Shown in pieces: positions 20,034-30,345 of a stretch of DNA of 64,000 bases. Where the stretch lies: NCBI GenBank assembly GCA_039630575.1, contig JBCNUW010000001.1:659-64658 (forward strand), written 5' to 3'. The position numbers and the translations under genes were made by a program. The notes beneath the pieces are model-generated. The model was given only the letters and a program-made list of their open reading frames with translations. It was not told the origin of the DNA and did no database searches. Source of the stretch: Candidatus Hydrothermales bacterium. Lineage in GTDB: Bacteria; Hydrothermota; Hydrothermia; Hydrothermales; JAJRUZ01. Every line of letters begins with the position of its first letter. Position 1 is the first letter of the stretch.

Positions 20034-20738
20034 TTAAAAAAATCTATATTTAAAAATATAATATAAAGCCTTTAGTCCATCTTTCCAATTAATTTTTTTA
20101 CCCTCTCTATAGGTCCTTCCAAAATATCTTATCCCAGTTTCGTAAATTCTCCATTTTTTTGACTTTGAAATCTTTATTGTGAATTCTACTTCAAAACCAA
20201 AATCGTTTGCAGTTAAATTTATGTGATTTAACACTTCTCTTTTAAACATTTTTGTACAAACTTCAACATCTGAAAAGGTCATGTCGCAGAGAAGGTTTAC
20301 TAAAAAACAAATTATCTTGTTACCTAAATAGTGATGAAAATATAAAACTCTATGGGGTTCACCGTAAAATCTTGAACCATAAACAATATCTGCTTTATCT
20401 TCAAGAATTAAAGGTAACATTTTGTTCCATTCCTCTGGCTCATACTCATAATCCGCATCATGAATTACAATTATATCTCCGGTTGATTCTTTAAACCCTC
20501 TTCTTAGTGCTGCACCTTTTCCCATATTTTTTTCTTGGAAAATAATCTTTATTTCAGGATCAATAATTTTTTTTAATATTTCCCTTGTTCCATCAGTTGA
20601 ACCATCATCAACTAAAATTATCTCTTTTTCTAAATCACCATATAGACTAACTTCCTTAATCTTTTTTAAAACACCCTCTACGTAATCCCTTTCATTATAA
20701 CAAGGAATAACAATTGAAAGTTTTTTAAAATCCTTCAT
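20034..20738 (-). CDS. GT2 glycosyltransferase (polyprenol-phosphate sugar synthase-like)
   Basis: SIVIPCYNE, VDDGSTDGT, NMGKGAALRRG, HDADYEY and GKKINWKDG. Confidence 0.92.
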   Translation of the reverse strand: MKDFKKLSIVIPCYNERDYVEGVLKKIKEVSLYGDLEKEIILVDDGSTDGTREILKKIIDPEIKIIFQEKNMGKGAALRRGFKESTGDIIVIHDADYEYEPEEWNKMLPLILEDKADIVYGSRFYGEPHRVLYFHHYLGNKIICFLVNLLCDMTFSDVEVCTKMFKREVLNHINLTANDFGFEVEFTIKISKSKKWRIYETGIRYFGRTYREGKKINWKDGLKALYYIFKYRFF

Positions 20739-21672
20739 TTAAAGCCTCTTTAAAATATTGAAATGTTTTTAATACACCTTCCTCTAATTTAACTCTTGGT
20801 TCCCAGTTAAGAATTTTTCTTGCCTTTTCAATATCTGGACATCTTTTTTGGGGATCATCCTTAGGTAATGGTAAAAAATTTTTCTCAAGCTTTTTATTAA
20901 TCAATTTTTCGATTATTTCAGCAAGCTCAATTATCTTTATTTCGTAAGGATTACCTAAATTTATAACCTCACCCCTTAGATTACTCATAGTACCAATCCT
21001 TTTTAGTGCTTCTATCATGTCGTCAACATAGCAGAAACTCCTTGTTTGGTTACCGTCTCCATAAATTGTTAAAGGTAAATTTCTTAAAGCTTGAACTATA
21101 AAGTTAGGAATAACTCTACCATCATCAATTCCCATTCTGGGTCCGTATGTATTAAAGATTCTTGCTATCCTCACATCAAGATCAAATTTTCTGAAAAAAA
21201 CCATACATAGAGCTTCTCCAAACCTTTTTGATTCATCATAAACACTCCTTTCTCCTAATGGATTCACATTTCCATTATAATCTTCTTTTTGAGGATGAAC
21301 AAGAGGATCACCGTAAACTTCAGAAGTAGAAGCAAAAACAAAAATAGAATTATCCCTTTTTGCCTTCTCAAGTAAATTTTTTGTTCCATGCGAATTAACA
21401 AGCATAGTTTCAAGCTGATACTTATAATAATGCTTTGGAGAAGCAGGTGAAGCAAGATGATAAATTATATCATACTTTTCAGATAGCTCTAAATTATTAC
21501 AAACATCAAACTCTAAAAATTTAAAATTTTTATATTTTTGTAAAAGTTCCACATTTTTTTTATTTCCAGTAATAAAGTTGTCAATTCCTGTTACTTCCAC
21601 TTCTAAATTTAGAAAATGCTCACAAAGATGCGATCCTATAAAACCAGCACAGCCTGTTATTAGAATCCGCAT
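20725..21672 (-). CDS. UDP-glucuronate decarboxylase (UDP-xylose synthase), extended SDR
   Basis: TGCAGFIGSH, HLASPASP, ASTSEVYGDP, YDESKR, RIFNTYGPRM and DDPQKRCPDI. Confidence 0.9.
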   Translation of the reverse strand: MRILITGCAGFIGSHLCEHFLNLEVEVTGIDNFITGNKKNVELLQKYKNFKFLEFDVCNNLELSEKYDIIYHLASPASPKHYYKYQLETMLVNSHGTKNLLEKAKRDNSIFVFASTSEVYGDPLVHPQKEDYNGNVNPLGERSVYDESKRFGEALCMVFFRKFDLDVRIARIFNTYGPRMGIDDGRVIPNFIVQALRNLPLTIYGDGNQTRSFCYVDDMIEALKRIGTMSNLRGEVINLGNPYEIKIIELAEIIEKLINKKLEKNFLPLPKDDPQKRCPDIEKARKILNWEPRVKLEEGVLKTFQYFKEALNEGF

Positions 21673-22970
21673 ATTTTTCTACCTGTTGGAACATAGATAA
21701 AATTGAGCTCACACATCTTATTCATATCTAAACAGTTTCTACCGTCAATTATTATTGGTGTTTCCATTAACTCTTTTATTTTTTTAAAATCCAGATTCTT
21801 AAATTCATCCCATTCTGTTACAATCAAAATTGCATTTGCACCCTTTACAGCATCGTAAGGGTCCTTTGAATAATAAATTCTATCAGAATTTACAAATTCC
21901 TTTTTAAAATTTTCTATTGCGTAGGGATCATAAACTCTACAGATACCTTTTTCTTCTAAAATTCTCTTTGCTATTTTTATACTTGGAGCTTCACGGACAT
22001 CATCTGTCCCTGGCTTAAATGATAACCCCCAAATTGCAAAAGTTTTATCTTTTATAATCCATAAAACTTTTTTTATTTTCTCTATAAACTTATCAATTCT
22101 TGATTCGTTAATTTTATCAACACACTTTAAAAGACTGAAATCTAATCCAAGTTCTTCACCAATTTTATAAAAGGCTTTTACATCTTTTGGAAAACAAGAA
22201 CCACCATACCCAACTCCAGCATTCAAAAACTCTCTCCCTATTCTCTTATCCAATCCCATAGCTTCCGAAACTTTTAAAATATCAGCACCTGTTTTTTCAC
22301 ACAGATCTGAAATCATATTGATAAAAGATATTTTTGTTGCAAGAAAAGCATTTGAAGCGTGTTTTATTATTTCAGATGTCTCTATATCTGTAAAAATTAT
22401 TGGAGCATCAAAATCTTCATAAATTTTCTCAAAAATTTTTTTTCCCCTTTCTGATTCAACCCCTACAACAATTCTATCAGGCTCTAAAAAATCCCTAACT
22501 GCTGATCCTTCTCTTAGAAATTCAGGATTTGAAGCAACTTCATATGTTACATTCTTTTTTACATACAAACTCATTATTCTCTTTATCCACTCTGCTGTTT
22601 TTACCGGAACTGTACTCTTTTCAACTATTAACGTAAATCTATTTAGATTCTTGGCTATCTCCCTTGAAACATCTTCAACTTGTGAAAGATCTGCTCTACC
22701 ATCAGGAAGAGATGGGGTTCCAACACACAGGAATATAACTTCACAACTTTCAGTTACCAACTCTATACTATCAGTAAACTCTAATCTATCAAAATTTTTT
22801 ATTAATAATTCTTTTAAACCAGGTTCAAAAAAAGGTATTTCTTTGTTTCTTAATTTCTTAATTTTCTCCTTATCCTTATCCATTCCAAAAACTTTAAAAC
22901 CTTTCTCAGCAAAACAAACAGCTGTAACAAGTCCTACATGACCAAGACCAATAACTGCAAGTTTCATCAA
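21660..22970 (-). CDS. ugd: UDP-glucose 6-dehydrogenase
   Basis: GLGHVG, CVGTP, KSTVP, SNPEFLREG, GYGGSCFPKD and FKPGTDDVREAP. Confidence 0.95.
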   Translation of the reverse strand: MMKLAVIGLGHVGLVTAVCFAEKGFKVFGMDKDKEKIKKLRNKEIPFFEPGLKELLIKNFDRLEFTDSIELVTESCEVIFLCVGTPSLPDGRADLSQVEDVSREIAKNLNRFTLIVEKSTVPVKTAEWIKRIMSLYVKKNVTYEVASNPEFLREGSAVRDFLEPDRIVVGVESERGKKIFEKIYEDFDAPIIFTDIETSEIIKHASNAFLATKISFINMISDLCEKTGADILKVSEAMGLDKRIGREFLNAGVGYGGSCFPKDVKAFYKIGEELGLDFSLLKCVDKINESRIDKFIEKIKKVLWIIKDKTFAIWGLSFKPGTDDVREAPSIKIAKRILEEKGICRVYDPYAIENFKKEFVNSDRIYYSKDPYDAVKGANAILIVTEWDEFKNLDFKKIKELMETPIIIDGRNCLDMNKMCELNFIYVPTGRKICGF

Positions 22971-23054
22971 ATTTTATAAATTTTTAAATATAAGTTTACG
23001 ATAAATTCTCCTTGTTTGCAAAAATTTTTATAAAATTCTTAAACTATATTCCTA

Positions 23055-24272
23055 ATGGAAAAATTTGATATCTATCTTCATTCTCCCGAATTTATTTATG
23101 TATGCAATGACAACTTTGATATATATTATAAAAAAGATATTGGAATAAAGGACGGAAAAATTTACTTCATTGGTGATTACAAAGAGGGTAAAGAGAAAAT
23201 AAAAAGTTCAACAAAATTTTTTGATCTAAAAGGTAAGGTTGTTCTTCCAGGTTTTGTTGATCCTCATACCCATCCCGTGTATGCGAGTGATAGAATACTG
23301 GAATTTGAAGAAAGGCTAGGAGGAAAAGGATATCTTGAACTTTTAAAGGAAGAAAGGGGAATAATCTATACTGTAAAAAAAACAAGAGAATTAGATAAAA
23401 AAAAGCTTAAAAAAATCGTAAAAGATAGACTATGGAAGTTTTTAGAATTCGGGACTTTAACAATTGAAGCAAAAACCGGATACGGACTTTCTGTTGATGA
23501 AGAATTAAAACATATGGAAATTTTAAAGGAATTAAAAGAGGAATTACCCTTGGATATTAAAATTACTGCACTTTTTGCCCATGCCATACCACCAGAAAAA
23601 AGTAAAGATGAATATATTGAAGAAATAATAAAATATGGACTTGAAAGAGCTAGAAATTATGCAGACTTCTGCGATGTTTTTGTTGAAAAAGGTGTTTATA
23701 CAAAAGAAGAGGGGAAAAGAATACTTTTAGAAGCCAAAAGAATAGGTCTTCTACCAAAAATTCATGCAGATGAATTATCAGAATCAGGAGGAGGTGAACT
23801 TGCCCTAGAGGTAGATGCTGTATCTGCTGACCACTTAGAGTATACACCTATACGAATTTTGAAAAAAATGAAGGATAAAAACATTTTTCCTATTCTTCTT
23901 CCAGCAACTTCCTTTTTTATGAGAATGCCCTTTGCAGATGGTAGGAAAATGCTTGATCTTGGTTTGAAAGTATCACTAGCAACTGATCATAATCCAGGTA
24001 CATCGTATCTTTTTTCTCAGATTTTTTCAGCTGGAATTGCTATCTTTTTGATGGGATTCAAGATTGAAGAAGCAATGAAAGCAATAACAATAAATCCTTC
24101 AAGATCTTTATATCTCGAAGATAAAAAAGGGTCTATTGAAGTTGGAAAGGATGCAGATCTATTAGTCTTTGATGTTAGTAGATTATCATATCTCTTTTAT
24201 AATTTCTTTGAGATAAAAAAGCCTGTTCTTATTATAAAAAACGGAAAGGAGGTCATTAATGAAGTTGGTTGA
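23055..24272 (+). CDS. hutI: Imidazolonepropionase
   Basis: PGFVDPHTH, EAKTGYGL, FCDVFVEKG, KIHADEL, SADHLE and ATDHNPG. Confidence 0.93.
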   Translation: MEKFDIYLHSPEFIYVCNDNFDIYYKKDIGIKDGKIYFIGDYKEGKEKIKSSTKFFDLKGKVVLPGFVDPHTHPVYASDRILEFEERLGGKGYLELLKEERGIIYTVKKTRELDKKKLKKIVKDRLWKFLEFGTLTIEAKTGYGLSVDEELKHMEILKELKEELPLDIKITALFAHAIPPEKSKDEYIEEIIKYGLERARNYADFCDVFVEKGVYTKEEGKRILLEAKRIGLLPKIHADELSESGGGELALEVDAVSADHLEYTPIRILKKMKDKNIFPILLPATSFFMRMPFADGRKMLDLGLKVSLATDHNPGTSYLFSQIFSAGIAIFLMGFKIEEAMKAITINPSRSLYLEDKKGSIEVGKDADLLVFDVSRLSYLFYNFFEIKKPVLIIKNGKEVINEVG

Positions 24273-26067
24273 GTGTGTGCCAAATTTTTCAGAGGGGAGA
24301 AATAAAAAGATAATAGAGGAAATTGTAAATTCTATTAAAGAAGTTGAAGGTATTAAAGTTCTCGATGTGGACATTGGTTTTGACACAAACAGAACAGTAG
24401 TTACCTTTGTTGGTGAACCTGAAGCAGTAAAAGAAGCAGCTTTTAGGGGTATAAAAAGGGCATCAGAACTTATTGATATGAGAAAACACAAAGGAGCCCA
24501 CCCAAGAATCGGTGCTACAGATGTCTGTCCAATAATACCTTTAAAAAATATAACCTTTGAGGAGTGCAATGAGATAGCACTTGAACTTGCAAAAAGAGTT
24601 GGTGAAGAGCTTTCTATTCCAGTCTACCTTTATGAAAAATCAGCAAAGATTCTTGAAAGAAAAAATCTTTCTTATATTAGGGAGGGGGAGTATGAAGCCC
24701 TTCCTCATAAGATTTTTAAACCAGAATGGAAACCTGATTTTGGACCACAGGAGTTCAATCCTAAATCAGGAGCCACAGTTATTGGTGTTAGAGAATTTTT
24801 AATCGCCTATAACATAAATTTAAATACAAAGGATAAAAGATACGCCGATGATATAGCTTTTGAAATAAGAGAAAAAGGGAGATCAAAAAGAATTGGAAAT
24901 ATTTATCCATTTTACTTTAAAGGTGAAATTGTAAAATATAATGAAAAAGAATACCCTTGCGGTGAATGTGATTTTGTTGGAAATTCTATAGAAGAAACAT
25001 ATACTCATGTAAAAGAACAACATAACTATGATCTTTATGAACTTTTAAAACTGAATAATTTAGACAAAAATAACTTAATTTCTAAACCCGTTAAGAAGAA
25101 GGGACTCTTTAAAAATGTTAAAGCAATAGGATGGTATATTGAAGATTATAAAAGAGCACAAGTTAGCATTAACCTAACTGACTATAATGTAACAAATATG
25201 CACCATGTTTTTGAGGCAGTAAAAAAACTTGCTGAAGTAAGAGGTTTACAGGTAACAGGAAGTGAAATAGTTGGACTTGTACCTTTTAAAGCTCTCTATG
25301 AGGCAGGGAAATTTTACCTTGAAAAACAAAAAGCTTCGAAGGGTTTACCAGTAAGGGATGTTCTCGAAATTGCAATTCAATCACTAGGTTTAAGAGATGT
25401 CTCTGAATTTGAAATTGAAAAAAAGGTTCTCGGTTTACCAGATATCTTTGAATCAAATTTACCCAAAATGACAATATGGGATTTTTCTGATGAATTATCA
25501 AGACCAAATCCAGTTCCAGGTGGTGGTTCAGCAGGAGCTCTCTCTGGAGCTATTGGGGCATCTCTATGTAGCATGGCCATAAACATAACAATAAATAAAT
25601 TAAAAGATGATAAGAATTATGATCTTCTATCTGAGACCTCATATAAATTTCAGGAATTAAAAGATTACTTTCTTGAATTAATGGATAAAGATAGTGAAAG
25701 TTTTAGAGAGTATATGGAGGCTCTTAAACTTAAGAAAGGTATGGAAGATATTAATAAGGCTTTGTATAAGGCAATAGAAATTCCCCTTGATGTTTCAAAA
25801 AATTCTGTTTATGCTTTAAAACTTATTGAAAATGTTGTTGAATTGATTGATGAGAATGTTATTTCAGATTTGGGGTGTGGAATTAGTATGTTCAGTTCAT
25901 CCTTTAAATGTGGTCTTTTGAATGTATCTATAAACTTGAAAAATTCAGATAAAGAAATTAAATTAAAATACAAGAGGGAAATTGAAAAAATTAAAATAGA
26001 TTTTGAAAATTTGATTAAAAAACTTGAAAATATAATAATGGAAAAATTAGAAGGAGGTAATTTATGA
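24259..26067 (+). CDS. ftcd: Bifunctional glutamate formimidoyltransferase / formiminoTHF cyclodeaminase, with a C2H2 zinc-finger insertion
   Basis: LVECVPNFSEGR, HKGAHPRIGATDVCP, AQVSINL and GSEIVGLVP; cyclodeaminase motif PVPGGGSAGAL. Confidence 0.93.
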   Translation: MKLVECVPNFSEGRNKKIIEEIVNSIKEVEGIKVLDVDIGFDTNRTVVTFVGEPEAVKEAAFRGIKRASELIDMRKHKGAHPRIGATDVCPIIPLKNITFEECNEIALELAKRVGEELSIPVYLYEKSAKILERKNLSYIREGEYEALPHKIFKPEWKPDFGPQEFNPKSGATVIGVREFLIAYNINLNTKDKRYADDIAFEIREKGRSKRIGNIYPFYFKGEIVKYNEKEYPCGECDFVGNSIEETYTHVKEQHNYDLYELLKLNNLDKNNLISKPVKKKGLFKNVKAIGWYIEDYKRAQVSINLTDYNVTNMHHVFEAVKKLAEVRGLQVTGSEIVGLVPFKALYEAGKFYLEKQKASKGLPVRDVLEIAIQSLGLRDVSEFEIEKKVLGLPDIFESNLPKMTIWDFSDELSRPNPVPGGGSAGALSGAIGASLCSMAINITINKLKDDKNYDLLSETSYKFQELKDYFLELMDKDSESFREYMEALKLKKGMEDINKALYKAIEIPLDVSKNSVYALKLIENVVELIDENVISDLGCGISMFSSSFKCGLLNVSINLKNSDKEIKLKYKREIEKIKIDFENLIKKLENIIMEKLEGGNL

Positions 26068-27575
26068 TTTTAAAAGAGCGTTTTCAAAATCTTGCCTTCA
26101 AATACTATAACCAAAGAGAATTTGACAGAGCACTTGTACTTGTCGATAGATATTTAGAGGAAGATAAGGATAACTATAATCTTCTTCTTTTTAAGGGAGA
26201 TATTTTATTTGAAAAAGAGGAAATTGAATCTGCCCAGAGCTATTATATCTCAGCTCTTGAAAAGGCTAACAAGGAAAAGAATCACATGAAGCGGCTCCTC
26301 GCCCTTATGAAGTTAAAGAAACTCCAAGGAGAAACAAATGAGCTAAATTCACGAATTTTTATTTCAGCATATAATCTTGAAATTTTGAAATTATGTAAGG
26401 ATGCTCTAAATAAGCTTCTTAGAGAGGAATTATTAGAAGATTCAAAAAGGTATCTTGAGAGAATAATAAGGGAGATTTTTGGTAATCAATCAGTTCAACA
26501 ATTTCTAATTGGAATTCTGAATTTATATTTAAAGAATGAAGAGGGTATAAAGTTAATTAAAAATGCTTATGATAATGTTGAGTCTGACAATAAGTTAAAA
26601 AACTATAAGGAATTCATTGAGGGTTTATTGAAAGCAAAAAAAAGAGTTGATTTGAAAGAGCTTGAAGATATTTTGAATATAGAAGGTCTTTCAGAAAAAA
26701 AGCTTGAGCCTTCTGGAACACTTGAATTAGCAGATCTCTTAAGAAGTATAGGTTCCATTGAAGAAGCAATCCTTGAATACTACAGTGCTATTTACGGTTA
26801 TTTAAAATCAGAATCTAATATCGATAAGGCAAGAGAAATTCTTAACAAAATTAGAGATGTTTCTCCAGAGGAAAACAGGATAGAAAAAGTTGAAGAATTT
26901 CTCCAAAGATTTGAAAGTGGCTCCAAGGAAGAACATATAAAAATAGAAATAAATCATGATCTTTTGGTGAAGATTTTTAACGATTTTCTACTTCCAGAAA
27001 ATAATTTTGAAAATTACTTAAATTTTATAAATTTAATGGCAGAGTGGAATATGCATGATGAAGTAATAGATGACTATAGGAGTTTAGAGGAAAATACCTC
27101 TGTTGATCTTTTTGTTCCTTACTATTTATACACACTTTACAAGATTGGAGAATATGAGGAAATAATAACGAAATCTGACAAGTTTATTGAGTTGACTGAA
27201 AGAGAAGAAACTATGAATTTTATAAGATATTTTAAAGGTTTGTCTCTATACAATTTAAACAGCAAAAAAGAGGCTTTAGAAATTTTTGGATCAATATACG
27301 AGAAAGATCCTGGATTTTTAGATGTAAAAGAGTACATTGAAATAAAAAGACCAGAGGAAGCTCTTATCAAGGAGAAAATTACGGAAGAGATAAAGGAAAT
27401 AGAAGAGGTAGTACCAATATATGAACCTGCTGCTATAAAAGATAAAGATGAAGGTGAACTTGGACTTGAGGAAGTTGTAGATGTTTATACTGAGGAAAAA
27501 AGTTTTAAGGAGCCATACTATGAAGAAGTTAGATCTTCCAAACAAAATGTTAAAGATTATTTCATAATAATTTAA
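26064..27575 (+). CDS. TPR-repeat protein
   Basis: Helical TPR patterns, DPGFLDV near the C-terminus, and an acidic linker. It overlaps the ftcd stop (ATGA). Confidence 0.7.
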   Translation: MILKERFQNLAFKYYNQREFDRALVLVDRYLEEDKDNYNLLLFKGDILFEKEEIESAQSYYISALEKANKEKNHMKRLLALMKLKKLQGETNELNSRIFISAYNLEILKLCKDALNKLLREELLEDSKRYLERIIREIFGNQSVQQFLIGILNLYLKNEEGIKLIKNAYDNVESDNKLKNYKEFIEGLLKAKKRVDLKELEDILNIEGLSEKKLEPSGTLELADLLRSIGSIEEAILEYYSAIYGYLKSESNIDKAREILNKIRDVSPEENRIEKVEEFLQRFESGSKEEHIKIEINHDLLVKIFNDFLLPENNFENYLNFINLMAEWNMHDEVIDDYRSLEENTSVDLFVPYYLYTLYKIGEYEEIITKSDKFIELTEREETMNFIRYFKGLSLYNLNSKKEALEIFGSIYEKDPGFLDVKEYIEIKRPEEALIKEKITEEIKEIEEVVPIYEPAAIKDKDEGELGLEEVVDVYTEEKSFKEPYYEEVRSSKQNVKDYFIII

Positions 27576-27587
27576 AGGAGGTTAAAG

Positions 27588-28397
27588 ATGGAATTGTATG
27601 AATTTTTTGGTTTTAAAAAAGATCCTTTTGCAATGGTTCCTGATCCAGAGCTTTTTTATCCCTCAAAAATACATAGAGAGGCATTAGAGAAGATAAAGTT
27701 TTGTATAACTAAAAACCGAGGAGGATGTGTTTTAACCGGTGAGGTTGGAACTGGTAAAAGTATGATATTAAGAAAATTACTCTTAGATTTTTACCAACAT
27801 GAAAATTATATACCTCTTTTTGTTCTTTTTGCTCACCAAGAAGTTAATGTAAAGTGGTTTTTGAAGAAAATTGCGAGATTTTTTGGTCTAAATGAAAGTG
27901 AAGACATAAAAATTTTAAGAGAGGATTTTATAAGTAAAATTCTTGAATCCTTTGAAATGGGAAAAAAATTTATCCTTTTACTTGATGAAGCACACAAAAT
28001 AAAATCTGCTGAACTTCTTTCATTTTTTAGAGATATACTGTCCATAGAGACAATGGACGAAAAACCTGTTTCTTTTGTATTTGTTGGTCTTTCTGAGATA
28101 ATAAAAAATTTCAGAGAAGATCCTAATTTTAGTCAGAGAATCCCTATATGGGTTTCTCTTGAAAAACTTGATGAGTCTGAAATCGTAGATTATATAAATT
28201 TTAGACTAAAAAAAGCAGGAGGGAGTGAAGATATATTTACTTTGGATGCCAAAGATAAAGTAAAAGGTGTTTCAAATGGGATACCCAGACTAATAAATGC
28301 AATTTGTGATGCTTCTTTACTTGAGAGCTATGTTAAAGGAAAAAAGAAAGTTGAGTTAAATGAAGTAGAAAAAGTTATCACTACTATGGGTTTATGA
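27588..28397 (+). CDS. ExeA/GspA-like AAA ATPase (no peptidoglycan-binding domain)
   Basis: FFGFKKDPFxxVPDP, GEVGTGKS, LLDEAH and GIPRLINAICD. Confidence 0.88.
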   Translation: MELYEFFGFKKDPFAMVPDPELFYPSKIHREALEKIKFCITKNRGGCVLTGEVGTGKSMILRKLLLDFYQHENYIPLFVLFAHQEVNVKWFLKKIARFFGLNESEDIKILREDFISKILESFEMGKKFILLLDEAHKIKSAELLSFFRDILSIETMDEKPVSFVFVGLSEIIKNFREDPNFSQRIPIWVSLEKLDESEIVDYINFRLKKAGGSEDIFTLDAKDKVKGVSNGIPRLINAICDASLLESYVKGKKKVELNEVEKVITTMGL

Positions 28398-30301
28398 ATA
28401 TTTCTGAATTAAAAAAAAGAGCAAGAGAATGTGAAATAAAAGGTGAGTATAGGAAAGCTTTAGAAATTTATGAGATAGTATTAAAACAAGAACCTGAAGA
28501 TCCAGAGGTTTTATTTAGAATAGGTCAAATTCTAATTAAATTTAATCAAGAAAAAAAAGCTGGAGAATTTTTATTAAAAGCCTATGAAAATTTTGAGAAG
28601 AAAAAAATCTATGATAATAGAACAATAGCTCTTTTGAAGAAACTTATTCAACTTTATCCAGAAAAAAAAGATTTATATAAAAAAATTGCTGAAGCTTACT
28701 ATAACATCGGAATGCAGGGAGAAGCTGGAAAAAACCTTGAATATTATATTGAATATCTCTTTAAAAGTGGTGAATATGAAAAAGGGTTCGAAAATTATGA
28801 ACTTCTTTTAAAGTGGCAACCTGAGAATTTTTCCCTAAAGGAAAGAGTTGCAGAACTTTACCTTGACTTCAGAAAAAATAAAAGATCTATTGAGCTTTAT
28901 TTAGAACTTTTAGCCTATTTTCATAACAGAAATAAACATAAAGAGACAGAAATCAAAAACAAACTCTCTTCCCTAGGAGTAACAGAAAAGCAGATAGAAG
29001 AGTATTTAAAATCAGACAGTAGTTTTAAAGAATCAGAAAGTGTTTTTGTAACATTAGATGAGCTTTTAAGTGGTGAAATAAAGAGATTCACTAAAACAAC
29101 AAGACCTTTAAGAGATAAGAAAGAATTATTTGAAGAAAAGGTAACAAAAAATGAGAAAAGTATAGTCGAGATGGAAGAGGAGATACAAAAAGAAGTTGAA
29201 AAAGAATTTATTGAGGAACCCACTTTTATGGAGCAAGAAAAAGAAGAGACTGTAAGTGAGGAGAAAATTACTGAAACAGAAATAAGAACACCAGATAAAG
29301 TAAAAACCCTTGCTGAAACTCTCCTTATAATGGGAGACTATACAGGCGCTCTCGATACTTTCTATAAAGCCTATGAACTATATTACAAGGAAAATCTCAT
29401 GATAGATGCCCTTAACATCTTAAAGGAAATATCTGAAAAATGGCCAGAAGAAATAAAAGCAAGAAAAGAAATGGTAAAAATTTCCCACATGTTGAAAAAC
29501 AAAGAGTTATTAGTAGATAGTGTTTTATCTTTAGGTGAATGTCTTTATAAAAGAGGTGCAAGAGAAGATGCTTTAAAGTGGTTTTTAAAAGTGCTTGAAA
29601 TTGAACCAGAAAATAAAAAGGCTATTGAATTTGTAACAATGATAAATCCTGAAAAATTAGAAAAAAGAGTTAAACCAGAGATAAAAGAGAGAAAACAAGA
29701 AATGAAAGAAATTAAAAAACCTCAGATTTCTGTTGCAGAGAACCACAAAAGAGTGAAAGTTAAAAGAGAAGAGGAAAAGAAAGTAGATTTAGTAGACTTA
29801 AAGAAAGAGATTTTAGAGGAGTTAGAAATTGAAGAAAAGAAAGAAAAAGATATTTTCAGTGATGTTAGAGAGACCTTGCATAAATTTTCTAAGAAAGTTG
29901 ACTATAGGGGTAAATTAGAGTTAGGTATTGCAATGAGGGAAATGGGTCTCTATGAAGAAGCAATTGAAAATTTGAAGGAAGCAATAAAATCTGATGAAAC
30001 AAGAGTTTTATCACTTGAGCTTCTTGGAGAAATTTTTATGGAAATTAAGCGTTATAACATAGCAATAGAATATTTTGAAAGAGCTTTAAGTGAGAAGAAT
30101 TTAGAAAAAAGAAGAGAAATCTCTATTGAGTATCACTTAGGAGAATGTTATGAAAAACTTGGAGATACTTTAAATGCGTTAGTTTATTATAAAAGAGTTT
30201 ATGAAAAAGATCCAGAAATTTTAGGCTTAAAAGAGAAAATTAAAGAGCTTGAAACAAGGGAAAAAGGCATTATAGACGAAGAAAAAATTTCTTTTCTTTA
30301 A
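28394..30301 (+). CDS. TPR-repeat protein (SgmX-like layout: TPR blocks separated by acidic linkers)
   Basis: Multiple TPRs; C-terminal block LGIAMREMGLYEEAI...YHLGECYE...VYEKDP; ends KISFL. Confidence 0.75.
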   Translation: MNISELKKRARECEIKGEYRKALEIYEIVLKQEPEDPEVLFRIGQILIKFNQEKKAGEFLLKAYENFEKKKIYDNRTIALLKKLIQLYPEKKDLYKKIAEAYYNIGMQGEAGKNLEYYIEYLFKSGEYEKGFENYELLLKWQPENFSLKERVAELYLDFRKNKRSIELYLELLAYFHNRNKHKETEIKNKLSSLGVTEKQIEEYLKSDSSFKESESVFVTLDELLSGEIKRFTKTTRPLRDKKELFEEKVTKNEKSIVEMEEEIQKEVEKEFIEEPTFMEQEKEETVSEEKITETEIRTPDKVKTLAETLLIMGDYTGALDTFYKAYELYYKENLMIDALNILKEISEKWPEEIKARKEMVKISHMLKNKELLVDSVLSLGECLYKRGAREDALKWFLKVLEIEPENKKAIEFVTMINPEKLEKRVKPEIKERKQEMKEIKKPQISVAENHKRVKVKREEEKKVDLVDLKKEILEELEIEEKKEKDIFSDVRETLHKFSKKVDYRGKLELGIAMREMGLYEEAIENLKEAIKSDETRVLSLELLGEIFMEIKRYNIAIEYFERALSEKNLEKRREISIEYHLGECYEKLGDTLNALVYYKRVYEKDPEILGLKEKIKELETREKGIIDEEKISFL

Positions 30302-30305
30302 TAGT

Positions 30306-30334
30306 TTGTAAAATTTCAAATTTTTAAGTATAAT
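30306..30334 (+). promoter_or_regulatory. Internal sigma70-type promoter TTGTAA-17-TATAAT
   Basis: TTGTAA 30306-30311, TATAAT 30329-30334, ATG 30346, no SD. Confidence 0.65.
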
Positions 30335-30345
30335 ATGTTTTAAAA

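Noticed and set aside
22970..23037. 11-bp inverted repeat (aattttataaa / tttataaaatt) as an operator between ugd and hutI
   Set aside because: It is A/T only and is explained by back-to-back -10-like elements and base composition.
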